DNA of 54,436 bases. It comes from a plasmid. A program made the translations under genes and the position numbers. Shown here piece after piece: positions 53,015 to 54,436 of this stretch. The number at the start of each line of letters is the position of its first letter. Positions within the stretch are counted from its first letter, which is position 1. The DNA is taken from sequence record NZ_CP046475.1; one strand, given 5' to 3'. Under the pieces are notes generated by a model. The model was not told the DNA's origin, did no database searches, and was given only the letters and a program-made list of their open reading frames with translations.

Positions 53015-53133
53015 AAGATGGATAATTATGGTGCATAACTGTGCTCAGCCGTCGCGCTGCGCTGGCTTCGGTGCCACACTGGAGGTGTGGAGTCCCGCGG
53101 TTGCGGGTCGCGGCGCTGGCGAAGGGAGGCGGC

Positions 53134-53559
53134 ATGGCCGCAGAGCAGAGCCCACGGCGAAAGGCGCCGGGTCGTCGCCGCGCGAACTCGGACGAGCCGC
53201 GCGACAACCGGATCGGTTTGTCGTGCACCGACGAGGAGTTGTCGATGCTGTTCGGCCTGGCCGCGGTGCACAACATCTCGATCCAGAATCTGCTGATGAG
53301 GTCGGCACTGGCGGGTGACTCGCAGAACGCCGCACGGACCGCCGAGCTGGTCTCGGAGCTGCGTGACACGCGTCAGTTGTTCAGCGTGGCCACGAACCTG
53401 CTCAACCAGTTGGCGAAGGTCGCGAACTCGACAGGGTCGGTGCCCGCCCAGCTCGACGATGCGTTGCGCGTCCTCGAGCGCGGTCAGGGGCAGGTGCAGG
53501 ACTTGCTCGACGACTTCGGCGAGCGGTGGAACGACAAGGGCAAGCGGGGCCCGACGTGA
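53134..53559 (+). CDS. mobC: MobC-family relaxosome accessory protein
   Basis: GGGAGG SD; RIGLSCTDEELSMLFGLAAVHNISIQNLLMRSAL (RHH-like) plus C-terminal helical region; stop overlaps the relaxase start. Confidence 0.7.
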   Translation: MAAEQSPRRKAPGRRRANSDEPRDNRIGLSCTDEELSMLFGLAAVHNISIQNLLMRSALAGDSQNAARTAELVSELRDTRQLFSVATNLLNQLAKVANSTGSVPAQLDDALRVLERGQGQVQDLLDDFGERWNDKGKRGPT

Positions 53560-54436
53560 TCGTGCGAGTGATCCCCAAGGGTGGATCGGACATGCCTGGG
53601 TTGGCCGCATATATGTGGGGCCCGGGAAAGGCCGAGGAGCACACGGACCAGAAGATGATCGCGTCGACCGGCGCCGGTGAGATCGCGATCGGTGACGCGT
53701 CGATGTTCTTCGTCGGAGACCAGGCCGCGCGCCTGAACGAGGAGACGTTGGACTCGGTCGCTGCGCGCGCCGAGGGCGCGAAACTCGAAGCGGACTGGCG
53801 ACGGTTTCGTGAGGAGTCGAAGCAGCTCGTCAGCGCCGGTACCCGTCAGGCAACCGAGAGCGAGGGCGGCAGTGACGGTGACGTCCTGCGCGTCGATGAG
53901 GCGTTCACCACCAGCGAGCGTCAGCCCCGCACCGGGTGGAACCGCCCTCACGTCATGCACGTGACGTTCGCCCTGCGCGAGGACGAGGGCCAGCTCAGCG
54001 ATGAGACCTGGGGTCGCATCGCAGCGGACTACGTCAAGGGCATGGGTTTCGCTGGTGGCGATGACGAGCCGGGATGCCGGTGGGCGGCATGGCGGCACGG
54101 TCTGTCAGCCAGCGGTAACGACCACATCCACGTCGCGGTGTGCCTGGTGCGTGAGGACGGTCGGTGGGCCAACGAGCACCGCAGTTTCATGCGTTCCCGC
54201 GCGATCGGTGACGAGCTGGAGAAGAAGTACGGGCTGCGACCCGTGAAGGACTCAGAGCAGCAGCGGGGGATGCCGGCCTACACCAAGGGTGAGGCCCGCC
54301 GGATGCGTGAGAGCGGCACCGAGATCCCCGAGCGGCAGCGTCTGGCGATGGTGGTGCGGACCGCGGCGATGAACGCCGGTACCGAGAAGCAGTTCATCGC
54401 CGAGGTGCTGCGGCAGGGAGTGCGGGTGCGGCCCCG
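53556..54436 (+). CDS. MobA/MobL-type conjugative relaxase, N-terminal part (3' partial; runs off the window end)
   Basis: VIVRVIPKGGS... N-terminus typical of MobA relaxases; histidine triad NDHIHVAV; open through the window end. Confidence 0.8.
   Translation, partial: MIVRVIPKGGSDMPGLAAYMWGPGKAEEHTDQKMIASTGAGEIAIGDASMFFVGDQAARLNEETLDSVAARAEGAKLEADWRRFREESKQLVSAGTRQATESEGGSDGDVLRVDEAFTTSERQPRTGWNRPHVMHVTFALREDEGQLSDETWGRIAADYVKGMGFAGGDDEPGCRWAAWRHGLSASGNDHIHVAVCLVREDGRWANEHRSFMRSRAIGDELEKKYGLRPVKDSEQQRGMPAYTKGEARRMRESGTEIPERQRLAMVVRTAAMNAGTEKQFIAEVLRQGVRVRP

Larger units (their letters stand above)
1..54436. mobile_element. Putative conjugative plasmid / ICE backbone (T4SS + MobC/relaxase + ParA + HicAB + ArdC)
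   Basis: Co-occurrence of VirD4/VirB4/TrbL-like T4SS genes, MobC and an HxH-motif relaxase, ParA, HicAB, ArdC and an excisionase-type HTH; the partial ORFs at both window edges lie on the same strand and in a compatible frame. Confidence 0.55.

Noticed and set aside
1-54436. Search for rRNA, tRNA and CRISPR arrays
   Set aside because: No regularly spaced direct repeats with unique spacers, no rRNA-like conserved blocks and no tRNA cloverleaf candidates were recognised by eye. A tRNA or ncRNA scan would still be needed to exclude small RNAs.

Overview
High-GC (actinobacterial-type) 54.4-kb segment that reads as a conjugative plasmid or ICE backbone with accessory cargo. (1) An Rhs/YD-repeat polymorphic toxin (3429..7838, - strand) ends in a very short glycine-rich hydrophobic tail and sits beside a cluster of small paralogous 2-TM proteins (candidate immunity genes); a secreted BNR-motif protein lies upstream. 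(2) An actinobacterial-type type IV secretion system (T4SS) operon on the - strand (11.1-19.9 kb): VirD4-like coupling protein, VirB4-like ATPase, a large N-terminal-TM membrane protein, a TrbL/VirB6-like polytopic protein and a VirB2-like pilin. Divergently on the + strand: an excisionase-type helix-turn-helix (HTH) protein, a bifunctional SLT-lytic-transglycosylase/M23-peptidase wall hydrolase, a lipoprotein and a large membrane protein. (3) A plasmid establishment/maintenance module (26.7-32.5 kb): HicA/HicB toxin-antitoxin, ArdC-like antirestriction protein, ParA with a partner gene, and several small Zn-ribbon proteins. Almost every gene here is preceded by the same conserved promoter/operator motif (TTGACCAACTAGAC / CTAGACNNCATTGACCA). 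(4) A resistance-like cassette: an ABC-F (ARE-type) double-ATPase plus an MFS exporter, with a structured 5' leader and flanking CTGCTCACTGA repeats. (5) A defence-island-like region (38-45 kb): a LuxR regulator, an AAA+ ATPase behind an AT-rich iteron promoter, a divergent HATPase_c kinase-like plus STAS-like/wHTH pair, and a four-gene Ubl-E2-JAB-E1 operon with the gene order of Bil / type II Bub antiphage systems. (6) A secreted S1 (alpha-lytic-type) protease whose prodomain segment is duplicated, with 1 mismatch in ~250 bp and in inverted orientation, as the ectodomain of an anti-sigma factor paired with an ECF sigma factor. (7) A MobC plus MobA/MobL-type relaxase at the 3' edge, with a 15-bp tandem repeat upstream as an oriT candidate. 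The relaxase ORF runs off the window end in the same frame as the partial ORF at the window start, which is compatible with a circular ~54.4-kb replicon. No rRNA, tRNA or CRISPR array was recognised.
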